This document shows, in pieces, positions 24,387-37,833 of a stretch of DNA of 64,000 bases. Where the stretch lies: the NCBI GenBank assembly GCA_965655095.1, contig OZ296650.1, positions 93,434,001-93,498,000 of the forward strand, given 5' to 3'. Source of the stretch: Haplodiscus bocki. Its lineage: Eukaryota. The translations under genes were made by a program, and so were the position numbers. The notes beneath the pieces are model-generated. The model searched no databases. It saw nothing but the letters and a program-made list of their open reading frames with translations, and was not told where the DNA came from. Positions within the stretch are counted from its first letter, which is position 1. Each line of letters opens with the position of its first letter.

Positions 24387-24743
24387 GTTGTAAGTTCAGT
24401 TTTTTCTGTACCATTTTTTTCCGAAAAACTTTATTTCCAAGATACGTGGCTGCTTTGGTCCTTCTGGGAACTCAGATTGAAGTTATCAAGTGCACACCAT
24501 TTCGAGACTGTTTTTCAAACTACCGAAACCAGATAGCGTCGCATATCCTATAACACGAAATTTTGTCGGCCACCAAGCTTTCTAGTCATAACTCCATTGA
24601 CTCCGGTGGCCAGCCATGCTGGGGAAAATTACTTCCTGTAAATTGCAAGGAAATTGCCCTTCCAAAATGGTTACTTTGACGATTAGGCAGGGGCTTTAGT
24701 TTGAAGGGTTAAATATAAAGAACCACAGGCTTGCGGCAATGAC

Positions 24744-26154
24744 GGTGTCAGGACATTTCGTCCTATGCCATTTCAACCGCTGCAATTTCAACCGCTACAA
24801 TTTCAAACATTCACACTTTCAACCGCGTGCCATTTCAACCGCGTGCCATTTCAACCGCATGCAATTTCAACCGCCGCAAATTCAACCGCTTCAATTATAT
24901 AGTAATCAATAAATTACAGTAACTAAGTGTAATTAAGATTAATCCTTTTTAAACGTAATAATTAAAATAAGGTTTGAATATAAAAGCGTCGTAGTTACCG
25001 GATTCAGCAATTTACACACCGATGATAGGAAATTAACACAGTTCGCACCTAATCGTAATCGAAATTGTGGAAAAAATGGATGAGCTTGCAATATATTTCA
25101 AAAGTACATATATAGAAAACCCAATTGTTATTAAGAAACCGCCTTTTCCAATCGAAATCTGGAACCAGTACGATGCAGCAGGAGAGGGGGTAGCCCGGAC
25201 AACAAATAGCGTAGAAGGCTGGCATTACGGACTGCAGGCGTATTTTAGTGGTTCTACGCCGAATATTTGGTTGCTCTTACGGAACTTGGAAAAGGATTCG
25301 AAAATGCAGAAGTTTAAATATGTTCAAGAAACTGCCGGATTATTGTGCTCCAAGCGCCCCCGATACGAGAAAATAAAAAAAACAGATGCAAAATATCCGA
25401 AGCACTTATGAATTCGAAAATGCTGTGACATATCTCAGAGCAGTAGCAAAATTTAGATAGAAAACGTTTAGACATTTTTAGTATGTTTTTTTTTCTTTTT
25501 TTCCTGTAAATATTCTTTTTGTCTTCTGAATAAAATTCCGTTTTTGTTTTTTTTTTCGCAGAAAAACAATCATTACGTGAAGGGATATTTGATTTTTTCT
25601 CTTGACGCCTCCTTGCAGCCTCCCGGAATGCGTCTCAGAACATTAACATGACTGGCTGTACAGTTTAATCCAAGAGACATTGTCTCTTGTGAGATCGGAA
25701 GTACCTTTGGACTACGGGCTGGCTAACCCTTTAGAAAAATGTTCAAAGCCGGTGACAAGAAATCAAAGTCCCTTCGAGTTTGTTATCCTAGTGAGATGCT
25801 AATTGCATCTGATTTCTTCCTAATGGCGTTCAGAAACATCATTATCAAGTTTGGTACATATGGTAGTTTGTCCAATATGACCTTTGGAAATTACGTAACA
25901 CTGTCTTATTGATGACGTTTAATTGATTCTATAATTACTTTACTTGTTTTCGAACGTCTTGAAAAAATTGAATAACCTTGAACTTAATTAAATAGGTCGA
26001 ATTTGTGGCGGTTGAATTTGCAAACGGTTGAATTTGCAAGCGGTCGAGAAGGCCAGCGGTTGAAAGTGAGAACGGTTGAAAGTGTAAACGGTTGAAATTG
26101 CAGCGGTTGAAATTGCAGCGGTTGAAATGACGTAGGACGAAATGACATGTAACC
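24744..26154 (+). mobile_element. Mutator-like (MULE) non-autonomous deletion derivative, 1411 bp
   Basis: TIRs GGTGTCAGGACATTTCGTCCTA.../...TAGGACGAAATGACATGTAACC with ~15-bp subterminal repeats (ttcaaccgc); 9-bp TSD GGCAATGAC (24735-24743) / GGCGATGAC (26155-26163); internal transposase fragment. Confidence 0.9.
25040..25460 (+). pseudogene. MULE transposase C-terminal fragment
   Basis: YFKSTYI...PPFPIEIWN...RTTNSVEGWH is the motif carrying the catalytic Glu of MULE DDE transposases; frameshift at the A-run near 25380. Confidence 0.85.
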
Positions 26155-29100
26155 GGCGATGACGACCATTTTATGGTCATATTCAAGTAATCACGAAAAC
26201 CAAAAGAGTTAGTATTTTGCACTAGATTGGTGATAAATTTCGTGATAAAGCAATAATTCCTAATCTTATAAATTGATCACCGTGGGCGTTTAAAACCCGT
26301 CAGTGTCATAGGTAAGGTGATCAAAGCTCAGCAAGCGCCTCGCTTTAAAATCAAAGTGCGATCAGTTTTCCCTTAACATGGCTGGGAGAAAAGTTGAAAC
26401 TTGCAAACCTAATCCTGTGCGATACTTCTGACGAACAAGCAACTTCTACATTTGGAAAGTTTTTACCGGTATGATTTTTCGCTCCGGTGGTGTGTCACAT
26501 CACCAGAAAATACCAAACACTTGTAGTCGCGTCCAGATATTATTCAGAATTTGCCTGAGACAGCTGAAAAAAAATTAGTATTTTTCGGTACATTCGGTGG
26601 GATACTGCTATTGATGAAGCAAATCACCACTTCATTTAGAAACTGCAAATCATTAGGGGCATTACGGATAACTGTCACTGAAAAAGGTCAGAAGACTGAA
26701 AAGAAAATCTTTAACTTCCCGTGGTAATTTTCACAACGCAATCGGATTACCGAGCTGAGAAAAAAATCAAAGTTTTACGATACGGTCAGATGTGATAATG
26801 TTAGTGGTGAGACCAATGTTCATTACAAACTGTTTTTTTAGTGTTGAAAGGAACCATTGGGGTTATAGATCATATGACCAAAGTTAAATGCTAACCTCTT
26901 GTGGTAAAAATTGCAATACGTTTGACTCCAACAGGGCTACTGGAAAAGTTTGTTTTGAAAATTTTCCGGTAAAAATATTCTAATCAACAGCTGAATCGAC
27001 ATTAAATGTTGACGTTTTCGACCATTACGGAGGTCCATTTGGGCCAAAAGTTATATGAACGGAAATCATCGACGTCTTATGGTCACGATCATAGCCCAAC
27101 CAGTTCTTGCCTAACACGGTTTGGAAAATTGATATTTTTATTCGTAATTTTAGGTGTGAGAGTTTTGATTTTGAAGATAGTTCCCAATGTAAACCGACTG
27201 TTTTGACCAGTGGAGAAAACCGAGGACCGCAGTTGAAAAGATCTTATCCTTGGCAACTGGAAGCTTGGCGACTTCCACCTGCAAATAAGTTGATTTGTCC
27301 CGGTTACAAGGCTTCTTCAACGCCATCTTAGAACCGAATCGCATGACTTTTGTTTTTCATTCCTTTTTATGTATGTAACGTACATTATGAGATCGGAAAC
27401 AGAAATATTGAAGGTTTCCAGCGGAAGAACCTGGAGTGGTTTCTGTGACCAGAGAATCAGAGATAGGAAAACATCTAGGAACTCATCGTGCGACTCTGAG
27501 ACGGCAATATTTGAGGATTATCTAGAAAAGAAGTAAATCAAATATATGTGTTTTCCCATCTCTCCAACGTGCAAACGATAGTTTTTCTATGAAAACGAAA
27601 ATTGCTGTGGTTCTTTCTTTTTGCATTCGAAGAAATTCGAAGGACGATGCAGAACCCACTACTTAATCTTGTTCTACATTTAGTTAACACGCTCTTGGCA
27701 CTACATTTTCACAATTTTTTCAAGGGGCTGCAAGGCATACGTCTTTAGTTGTTGCACAGTAAGTTGATGGTTCCCGGCCTATTTTTTCCCAAAAACTTTT
27801 TTTAAATACCGCAAAAATGTCTGGCATCAAAACTTTCGTAAAGTTGAACATGCCCGGAATAGCAGCGTCCGTGCTGCTGGTACGGCTGAAACCATGTATA
27901 ATGGGAGACCTCGCTGCTTTGAAAATTTTTTTCCAGCATGAAAATCAGTACGCCGGTGGTAAGTATACGGCCTCTCGTTTTCCCGCCATAATTTAATGCA
28001 AAAAGTGGATAATGGAATAGCTAATAATTGACGGATGAACAGAGTGGTGGATAGTTGAATGACAAACGGGTTTTATCACATATGTTTTTTTCTTGGACAA
28101 CTTTTAGGAAATGCAAAGAGCAGCTTAAAAGATGCATGGTAAATCACCAAAATTCGCGGATATTCAAGAAGCGGATAATCGAAGGTTATGGTGGAAATTA
28201 CTCTTAGTATATGTCTTCTGAAATACTGATATTTAAAAGGGGGTATCACGCATATTTCCCGTGTTTGCATCTCCGAAAAAATCCATAGTAATAGTCGGCT
28301 TCTTTAGTTGAAAATAAAGTGTCGACAAAAAATCAGTTTCCAGTAAAATTAAACGTTCCCACATTTGTCTTAATTGTTGATTTCTTCCAGAAAAATTGAA
28401 AGTTGAACATTTCAGCCAGCTGATGATATTTCTGCTTTTTGTTAATATTTACAGGAGGTAAACATCAAGTAGTTCGCATTTTGGTCCATTTTTGAGTTCT
28501 GACTTTTATCGATGGAAATTCGGCAACACAAACTTGATACGTCAGCTCCTCGAATATGGACTATGGAGGGAAGAAAACTGGAAGGAAATCTCTGAACATA
28601 CCAAATGAAGAAAGTAAGTAGTTGTTTGAAAGGAATTGAAAAAGCTGAAAATCATGCTTTATACGACTTTTGTGAATACGCAGCAAATATGCTAGCAGGT
28701 CTCTTCGATAAAAATCAAAAGTTGGAGCTTCACACTTCACTATGAACTTAGGCCCTTGCGGGAAAACCAACTGTTTAATCAGTGAATCAAATATGAGAAA
28801 GGGTCATGAAAAATCAGAATTCAAAAAATTGTTTCTCAAAAACATTGCAGCTGTCGCAATGAAATAAATTTTCAATATATATTATAAAAGGAGTGACAAA
28901 GTTAGGATGAAAAGGGCTGGTGTGTGGCCATGACAAGGATGAAGATCCTGATCAAAAGTGCAATGAAGATTTTCGAAAATCTTTGCCCATCAAAACGAGC
29001 AGCTTTGAGCTATTACCCCTCTTCAATCAATCTTCCCAGAAGATAAACCCGTAGCAACCTAGTAACTGTTTCAAGAATGGTATGGTTCAGGGGTGTTTAG

Positions 29101-30198
29101 TTGAGAAGGTCGAAGCTACAGAGGCTTATGGCAAAATCTATTTCACAAGCGTTTTTGGAAAGTACTGTGAAAAATCGTGAAAATTCTTAGAAAATGTTTT
29201 TGAACCACGACGGTGAATGAAAACTTTGTTGAAATTAACTAGAAAAAGCTAGAAATTTTTCCGAATTGTGAGAAAGCGCTTTGCAGAAAACGTATTCCTA
29301 TTAAAAGACATGGTCAATCTGACAACTAAGCCTCATTTTGAACAGGTGAGATATTTATTTCATCTAGGAACTTTACAAGCAGATTTCAACAGCAAAAGGT
29401 CAAGGCACGCTACAAAGTATACAAATCTCCTTGGCTGCAGTAATGAGTGGTCAGTTTTGAACTTTTGCAATAAATCGTTGGTTTATCGAAATTTTTTTTT
29501 TACATATAAGCTTATGTTCGACCATATTTATGTTTGTGAAGGTGCAGAGAGCTCTCGATTGATAAATCCATGATTGTCATCAAGATCCATTGTTTTACTT
29601 TGTTGTACATAAATGATTAAGTAACAAGCTATTTCCGACGGTTGCCGCAAAAATTCGTTAGCCTTTAGCTCAAAAATTGGAAAGTATTTTTGATTGATTC
29701 ACTTTTTCGATCAATAATGCGTCAAATTTGCTATTGGCACCCTCCTTGTTAAGCTTGAAAAGTCAGAACAGTGTCTTCTATATCGTACATTCTATTTGAT
29801 TGCAGTCCAATAATTTCAAGCAAACTTCCGAGTCCAAAATTCTTCCGAGTAAATTTGTGATGCCCTCTTGCTACACTAAAAGTTTTCAACACAGAGGCAA
29901 AGCGGAACTTCGCAACACAGTTTGACTTCTCAGTTGAGATCAAAGATAAATTTTTCAAATAAATGTCCTCAGAGACACTTGAACCTTAATGGGATACATG
30001 ATTGAAACTTTTAGAAATACCACACCAGATATCTGTCACAAGGTTGTTCGAAAAAAGACGAAATGAAGCAAGAAACTGTCACAGGGTCTGATACTCGAAA
30101 AGTTGATCTGTCAATCATGTTGTTTAGATTCGCTATTTTGCGACCCAATGTTTGAAATATTTATACAGTACACAACCCCAAAACATGAACAATACCAA

Positions 30199-30367
30199 TT
30201 GTCCTAAAAATTGTTACATGTTAAAATTTCCAGCTCTCAAAACGGCCAAAAATAGTCAACACAATATCAGAGCAACTTCAATTTTTTCTCATCTCTGATG
30301 TCTTGTTTACTAATTATAACCGTTTTGAGAGCTCGAAATTTCTACATTTAACGTTTTTGAGGGCACC
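30199..30367. repeat. ~165-bp imperfect palindrome (fold-back, MITE-like)
   Basis: aaatttccagctctcaaaacgg...atatcagag is mirrored by ctctgatgt...ccgttttgagagctcgaaattt around a ~22-nt loop. Confidence 0.75.
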
Positions 30368-31562
30368 TAATACACTGCCCACACTGTCTTATATTCAACA
30401 TATTGTTATGTGAACCATTGAAACATTATAGAATGCTGTTGTTAATTTTCCAGAACAATTTTCAAAAATTTTGCACTTCTCAGACCAAGAAAATAAACAA
30501 GTACCTATCAAGATGGTTCAAAAAGGTCCCCTTTTGACCATTAACACTAAATGACTAGACTCTATGATGAGTTCAGAAAATGCAAGTTATGGCCACGATA
30601 GACAAACTATACATAAGCGGGTTTCCAATACATATTCTTCGTATCAGTCAGAATGTCTAAAAATATTTTTCAGCACCATGTGCCCCCGATGGAGTTTCAT
30701 GAAAAAACAGCAAAAACCCTTTTTATGTGCCGAATTTTTTTCGAAAGAGAACCGAAAATTTATCAAAGCGACCAAATTAACCAAAGCCTTGAGAGACGAA
30801 TCAACTTACACTGTTCCAGACCAGTTCTATTTTTTGTATACTTCTGCACCAGCCTGTGACCACCATGCTTTTTCCGTATTTTACGGAAACCGTCTAGGGA
30901 TCATAATCTAAGTTTTGGATATATGAAAAATTCCAATTGAAGTTACAATCATCAAACTAGATTTTTTCTGCAAGTATTACAGCCTTGATTTTTCATCTTC
31001 CGCATATCAGCACAAGAGCCTGATTTCTGCCAAAACATGAAAGTTCTTTGTGCCAGGTTCAGCTTTTCAAATGGCACCCGATAATTCTCGAATTGGTTTT
31101 TGCTGAAGCGAATAGTGGAGTTTTTCTGTACAGTTAATACCACTGTTGTTTTTCAAAATGTGACTTCGCAGCTGATATTGTGATGTCCAGTTAAATTAAT
31201 TTAACCATTTTTTCAACCAACAACTATTCACATTTTTTAAAACCAAATCGTAGTACCTAGATTCGGTTCAAAAATAAAATCAGTCAATAAGTGTTTATTT
31301 AATGGCGAATTCGACTCATAGTCTGAGAGATAAAACGAAACAACAGACAAAAAACTGTTTGCGCTCTAACAAAAAACTAACACTGAAATTATATTATCTT
31401 TTCCTTGTTAATAATTCATTTGGAGTTTGCGCCTGCCTTGAACGTGCGCAAACATTTTTTGCTCAAAACCACTTGACGCTACTCTGCACTCAGATAATCC
31501 ACGTGTGCTTTCCACTCCGGAGACAATAACGTCATCTGATGTCATGTATCAATTATTTTTAG

Positions 31563-32170
31563 AGAGAGGCGAAACTGGGCTTCGCAACACTTGGGCAGGG
31601 GAATACTAGTGATCAAATAGATCAAGTATGTTTGTTTTTTGAAAGCGCCACGGTGAAACGAAAACAATGGATAACACAATCAAACGAAATTTACTTAACA
31701 CAGTGAATTTCTATATACAAGTGTAACAAGTACGCTACAGTATTTATTTCGCTTTATATTTAAAGCGAACAAGCATGCCGGAAAATAGGCCAAATGAGCA
31801 AATTTTGGCAACTCTGCGAAAACGCACGAACGAACTTTTGCGAGAACGCGAGAGCGTATGAACAAAATATAGGCAACGTTAAAATGTAGGCACAAATGCG
31901 AATAGTGAATGAATCGGAAAGAATTGCGAGCCCATGGTAAAACAATCGCGAGCACAAGTGTAATAAACACAAAGGAGACAAACAGTCACCTGGCCTGACG
32001 TCCTTGTTTGTGCTATCTTGATTCCGGTTGGTTACCGTTGAACAGAAATGAACATAAGAGACAGTAATTTTCGCGTAAAAGTAAAACTTTGACCCAAGAA
32101 CCATCGAGCTCAATCCTGTGCAGTACCAGTTATAACCAAAATATTTCTTTTCTTTTTCAGTCAACAAAGT
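31563..32170 (+). repeat. Interspersed repeat, copy 1 (hairpin-headed family)
   Basis: gaggcgaaactgggcttcgcaacacttg...ttttgaaagcgccacg...caagtgtaataa is colinear with the copy at 51374-51780. Confidence 0.6.
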
Positions 32171-32346
32171 TCCGATTCCTTGACAGTGAGGTCTGTTGTT
32201 ACAGTTATTGAAGATGCATTCATATTGTTGCTCCTAACTTTACCGTTACTTTTAACGTGACTAAACAACCAAGTAACTTAGCAAAACTTTGTCTTCATAA
32301 AAACATCAGCTAACTGAGTTTAGCTCGGGACTTTTTTAAAAACAAA

Positions 32347-32475
32347 AGTAGTAAGGTAAGGGGGGTGCAGCTAAGTGCCGTTTTTGACTCCCAAGCAGAA
32401 AATTTTCTAACTCAAAAAAGGTAAAAGTACACATCCAACCGAAATTGAATTTTGTTGATTAAGTACATACTAAGT
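32347..32475 (+). repeat. Polinton left TIR
   Basis: agtagtaagg..ggggg..tttttgactcccaagcagaaaattttcta..aagtaca..caaccgaaattgaattttgttg matches the reverse complement of 45990-46110. Confidence 0.88.
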
Positions 32476-33137
32476 GAACCAACTGTCAAAATTCGTTGAC
32501 AATGCAAATTTTCTACGTAGATTTGACAGTTCTACAAACGATCCTTTGAGTGATTTTGAAAACTGTTTGCCAGGAATTCTTTGTATGACAAAAGTTTTTA
32601 CATTGACAGAAATCATACCAGTTTTGAAAAAAAAATGGTTCACCTGTCAAAATCTGACAAGTGATTCTAAAAGACTGAAATACTTGAACCTTAGAGGCGT
32701 TTTTAGTGCGAGAGTAAAAATATTGAAAAAGCCCCGTCGATAACGGAGATATTAAAACAAAACTAACCTTCCGAAGCATGAAATAGTAGCAACATTAAAA
32801 AAAGAAAATTTCCCTAGAGCATTTGGGACTTGTCAAATTCATTCCCAATTCGAGATGAAGATAACCTGAGAAAAACGGTACCAGCAGTATCATATTAAAA
32901 CACTACAGTCTTCTAGCACACTTGGCGCAATCACGTAGATCAGCCGCGGACAGCCTTCAACGAAAGATCGTGACTGTGCCAAGTATGCTTTTCTTCCATT
33001 TTGATGGAAAATCCTTTTGACAGAAAGGAAATTTCCTAAATTTGAAAACGGTTAGATAACAAGAACTCTCGGGCAGTTCAATTCTAGACAATTTCTTCCC
33101 CCAATCAATTGTTTACATATTTTAACGGTTTAAACAA

Positions 33138-34760
33138 ATGACTAGTGTTTTAAAAGAAATCCCATCGAACTTTTGGCTGCTCCTGTTTTTTACCCATGAA
33201 AAAACAGCAACTCAGAATTTTTTTGAAACAACGGGGAAGACATTCCTTGAATCAATGCCTCCAAGTTTGTGCAATGCTCTTGAGGTCCTAAGGTGCTCAC
33301 AGAACGCTCGATACGTCAGCAGACAACATCAAGAAAACGAAGTCAATTTCGGCCACTTGGACGGAATTTGTGAAACACTGCCCTCGAATCATCAACATAC
33401 CTTGCCATTCATTCCAGATTATTCCAAAGCTGAAAACCTTCTGAGGCAGACAATTATCCAGGTACTATCTACAGCAGAAAACGCTCATCTTAAATTGATG
33501 ACGGACTCGTATCCCGAAAACATTGTCAGAGCAGAAACAAACAAGTCACTACCAGTACCATTTCAGTCAAGGGCGAAAAGATGCAACCACTCATGAAAAA
33601 ACGATTACAGAAGGACTTGGTTGCAATTTCATTTGGGCGTGGGGAATCTGAAAAACGCAACCCATTGGGAACGTCGGTTGATACATAGAAAGCATTGTTT
33701 TTGTCCAGCGTTTGGTCGAGCTTGAGAAAACAGACGCACCGTTCAAAGACAGCTTATTATCCTATATCGACCTTCTGCAAAAAGGAATTGGACGAATTTA
33801 CCTATCCGAGCACAGTCGCACCTTGGATATTTTTTTTGGGTGTAATCAATGCACAATGCACTTGTTATGAATGCCTTAATCAACCACTAAATCTGATCGG
33901 TTCGACACCCCAAGGAGTGAACGACTACACTCCACAGCTTTTTTCTGTTTATGACGAGGATACAATTATTGATACATCATTTCGATGAAAATGTCGTTGT
34001 GAAACAGAGGCCTATTCCAATTCAAATTATGTTTCATGGAATGTCTCCTTCAAAGGCTAATTGTGACGACTTTGTGAAAGTAACCTATTGGTTTCCAAAA
34101 AACACGTCTTCCAAAAATTCATTTCTCGAAGTCTGTCTTTACTTGAACGGGACGATAAATTTGCATAAAGTAAATTCAAGAGCACCATTTGCAGGCAAAA
34201 TTGGAGCAGGAGACACTCTCTTACATAAATATTTGAAGTTTTCAAAAGTTTCGAGAATGCCCGCCATTTTCCATGATGGCCATGGTTTTATGTGGAGTTT
34301 CAATAACGTCGGATTTGGTTACGTTTATGCAATAACAACTGAAAAGTACTTTAGGAACAGCATGCTATGGGGTCATATTTCGGGAACTTTATTTTGCACG
34401 TCGATGAAAATTTTCAATTCTCAAAACGTCGATTAATTTCTTTTCTGACAGTTCGAATGTTTTCCTGTTTCGAAACCGTCGGCTTTTTCAGCCCAAGGGA
34501 AGCGTTTCGAAAATCTTTGTGTTAATTGCCATGAACGACGCAGAATCCACTCGTTCTAGTGGTTAATACAGTGAGATTTGCTTGAAACAAGAGCAAAGAC
34601 TTGTGGATGATCCGGACTTTGCAAAAACTTCTCAATGTAACACTGATCGGCTGGTTTTTGACGAAACCAACCAGGAACGACCACCGTTCGGTCTAAACTT
34701 TTGCTGCGGTGAAAACTTAAAACATCGATCGGTCTTTGCTTGTAATTCTGATTAACCATT
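33138..34760. pseudogene. Polinton accessory region, fragmented ORFs of unknown function
   Basis: Several 60-160 aa ORFs between the left TIR and the ATPase; no motif recognised. Confidence 0.35.
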
Positions 34761-34888
34761 TAGTTTTTTTCGTTCTTGTTTTTTTGTATAACCTTTCTTA
34801 CGCTTTCTGACGCAGACAGTAGATTTACATCAGGCATATTAGCGCTTTTGTCAGCCTGCCTGTGCCATATTTTACCGACGCCAAAGCA

Positions 34889-35590
34889 ATGAATAAGCGC
34901 GTAAGCGCTCAGCCTCACTGCTTCAATTCCGTTGTGGGCCCTGCAGTTTCGGGGAAAACCAGACTGACTGGGCGTATGCTTGGCAATCAAGAGAAAATAT
35001 TTTCACCCAGCTTTGACAAAATTAACTACATTTATAAGCATTATCAGCAACATAATGACACCAATCCAATGGACTGTGAATTCACACTTGCTGATTTTGA
35101 ATTCGTTCACGGATTGGAATGGAACTATCTACAGAAAACTGAAGCGAAGAAAAAACGAATTTTGTTAGTGATGGATGATTTGTTCGACAAAGCTGCACAA
35201 AGCAAAGAGTTCCTGGCACTAGTTGTTGCTGGACGGCTTCGCAACGTCCATTTGATAGTTTTGCGACACAATTTATTTCATCAGACCAAAAATTCGAAAA
35301 GAATTGATTTGAACGTCACACAGCTATTTCTCTTCACCAGCCCTAGAAATTCTGACCAGATTGGTATAATGGGTCGTCAATTGGGAGACAGATACTCCAC
35401 AATCGAAGCTTATAAAGGAGCTACTCAAAAAACTAATGGTCATCTGATGATTGATCTCGACGTGAGAAATAGTTAACGCTGAGGTATTCTTCAAACTGTT
35501 TCCGTGACGAACCGTCTATCTCCTATTGCTCCACAAATAAACTCTTTTTCAATCTAGACAATGAGTTTACAAAACTTTTATACAGTTAGT
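34889..35590 (+). pseudogene. Polinton packaging ATPase (FtsK/HerA, A32-like)
   Basis: Walker A GPAVSGKT, Walker B ILLVMDDL, and LVVAGRLRNVHLIVLRHNLF (GRHxN...QNxF-type motif); broken near 35476. Confidence 0.92.
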
Positions 35591-35902
35591 TTGTACAATA
35601 GCTTTCCTGTTGTATTGGAAAAGGGTTTCATTTTGAACTGTTTCTGATGACATAATCAAATTCTTTTGTAATTGTATCTCTAACGTGTTTAGAGGAAATG
35701 TCAAGTTAAAGAAGGAATTAGAATAAAAAGTATCTACAATTTTACGAGAGAAAAACATCATAGTGACTCTCTGTTCCAAAAGGAAGACCTCACTGAGACC
35801 TAAACGTCATTTGCTGGCTTCCACGCGAGCTTTACGTCTACTAAAAACCATTCTGCCTTCAGTATTGAATCATTTGAAGTACTACCATGACATCAAATGG
35901 TA
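35561..35902 (+). pseudogene. Small basic Polinton protein downstream of the ATPase
   Basis: Manual translation SDDIIKFFCNCISNVFRGNVKL...SLRPKRHLL...LLKTILPSVL resembles the CECxxNxLxGN small ORF that commonly follows the Polinton ATPase; frameshift and stop present. Confidence 0.55.
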
Positions 35903-36719
35903 GCGTTAAAGAACTTATCTTCATAACCAACGACCGGTTTTGTTTTCTGAAGAACCAAACGCAAAACGAGACAAAAGGTCTCAATTATCGCGAAAAATAA
36001 AAACAAAAAATTCTCGCTAAGCTACCCGAATCACTAGAGTATCCATCCTCCTCAGAAAAAAAATTGAGGAGGGCAGAAATAGAGCCTTTGATGAGGTGCA
36101 GGCACTGATTGCCCATATCGATCTGAATTTAAGGTTTCAGTAAAAAAAAAGTCGAATAGACAAACATCTGCCCCGTATGAAAACAACACACCGGAAAAAG
36201 TTTTAGGCATCCTACTTCAGTCTGGAATAGCCGGAGGCAAAATTGAACGATCTCGACAAATCTTGAAGGCAATCCAAAAAACCGACAGAGTCGGCAATGA
36301 TGAAAATAATGTAAACATTTTTGTGGATGAACAAGATACGTCAATAAAAATAGGTGACTTTCTAACAGCTCTCCAAACAAACACCAAACAGTTGCCCAAA
36401 CAGTCCCTTTATTTGGTCGAGATGCTTGCTTTACCACAATTTCTGTTGGCGAACACTTATGCCAGAGAGACGAGTTCAAAAATTCAGAACCGGTCGGTGC
36501 ATGGAGAATCTCCCAGCAAACGTATCAAACTTGACAGTGATCTTCCCAACAGTTGGCTGACAATCTGATTTTACCGTTACTTAAACGGTACCAAAGAAAT
36601 GGTTATGCGGGTCCTGTCAAAGACAGCTGGGTAGAGGATCGAAAACCTGCCCTTCGCTTTGGTGCCACGTGTGTGGTTGGTTTCACTTCAACTGTTTGGT
36701 TTTGAATAACAAAACCGAC

Positions 36720-37755
36720 TATCATGAAGACTTTTTATGTGCAAAATGTTCGAAAAGCAGAGTTATTATCGAAGACGATGATCTCTTTGCAGTTGCATAA
36801 ACCACAATTCATATTGCGTACACAAACTCCAAGAAAACGACGGCTTTTGGTGGTCGCCAAAACATACTCAGAGCGAATAAATGCTCACCAAACCATGTCA
36901 ATTGCTACCTGAACTCGAGTGAGACTTACACGAAATTCAAACTGACTAGAAAACGTTTCCCAGGACTGAAGGTTGTGAGTCACGCCTGAATGAGATTTGG
37001 TCCGTTGATTTGGCTGACATGCAACAACTTGCAACAGAAAATTCGGGAGTCAGGTATCTCTTCAGGGCAGTGGACACATTGAGTCGGTTCCTATGGGCAA
37101 CGGGTCTCAAATCAAAGACTTCGAGAGCTTGAAACGGAGCACTGAAAACATTAATTGCAACAAAAAGGCAACGGAACGTTCCAGAAATTTGTGCCACCAT
37201 GTATTTCCCGGAAAAAAATTGGGCTGATCAAGGTAGAGAATTTGACGTTAACTTTGCACAGTTCTGCAACAACAATGGCATAGAAATTCACTCTACAAGA
37301 AGCCAGATCAAATCTGCCGTGGCTGAAAGATACAATAGAACACTGAAACCTATCAATTTCAGATACCTACATGAGCATGACACTAATAGACACATTGATT
37401 ATGTTGACAAGTTTGTTTCCATCATAAACATTAGAATCAATCGAATGACTAAGTTGGCTTCAATAGAAGTTTCTCAAAAAGATGTTCCGTACTTAGTATA
37501 TCTCTGCAACAGTGTGCCACTACAGCAACCAAAGTTCAAAGTCGGCGATCGAGTTCGCATTTGAAGGAAATAAGAAACATTTCGCCATAGCTACAGAATA
37601 CAATTCACGGAAGAGCTTTTCACAATTTCACACATACTGACAGAAAGTTCCCCAATCTATGTCGTCAAAGACGTGAACAGCGAGATCATTCAAGAAAAAT
37701 TCTTTGAGCCTGAATTGGTCCAGTTTGTCAGTACTATATCAAAAACAACCACTTA
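36720..37755 (+). pseudogene. Polinton retroviral-like (rve) integrase
   Basis: NEIWSVDLADMQ...YLFRAVDTLSRFLW, WADQGREF, KSAVAERYNRTLK (D,D,E), PKFKVGDRVRI, FTEELF; multiple stops. Confidence 0.93.
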
Positions 37756-37833
37756 AAACCACACGAGTCAAAACTTTTTATTCTGATCATCAGCCAGAAG
37801 CTAATTCATAGATTGAACGCCTGTTCTCAGGAC

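Noticed and set aside
24004-24414. 136-aa ORF on the minus strand
   Set aside because: Spans the N gap; artefact.
24770-24895. CRISPR-like short repeat array (also 26005-26130 and 47655-47750)
   Set aside because: Repeats are contiguous ~15-mers without unique spacers, mirrored at both element ends, in eukaryotic DNA without cas genes: MULE subterminal repeats.
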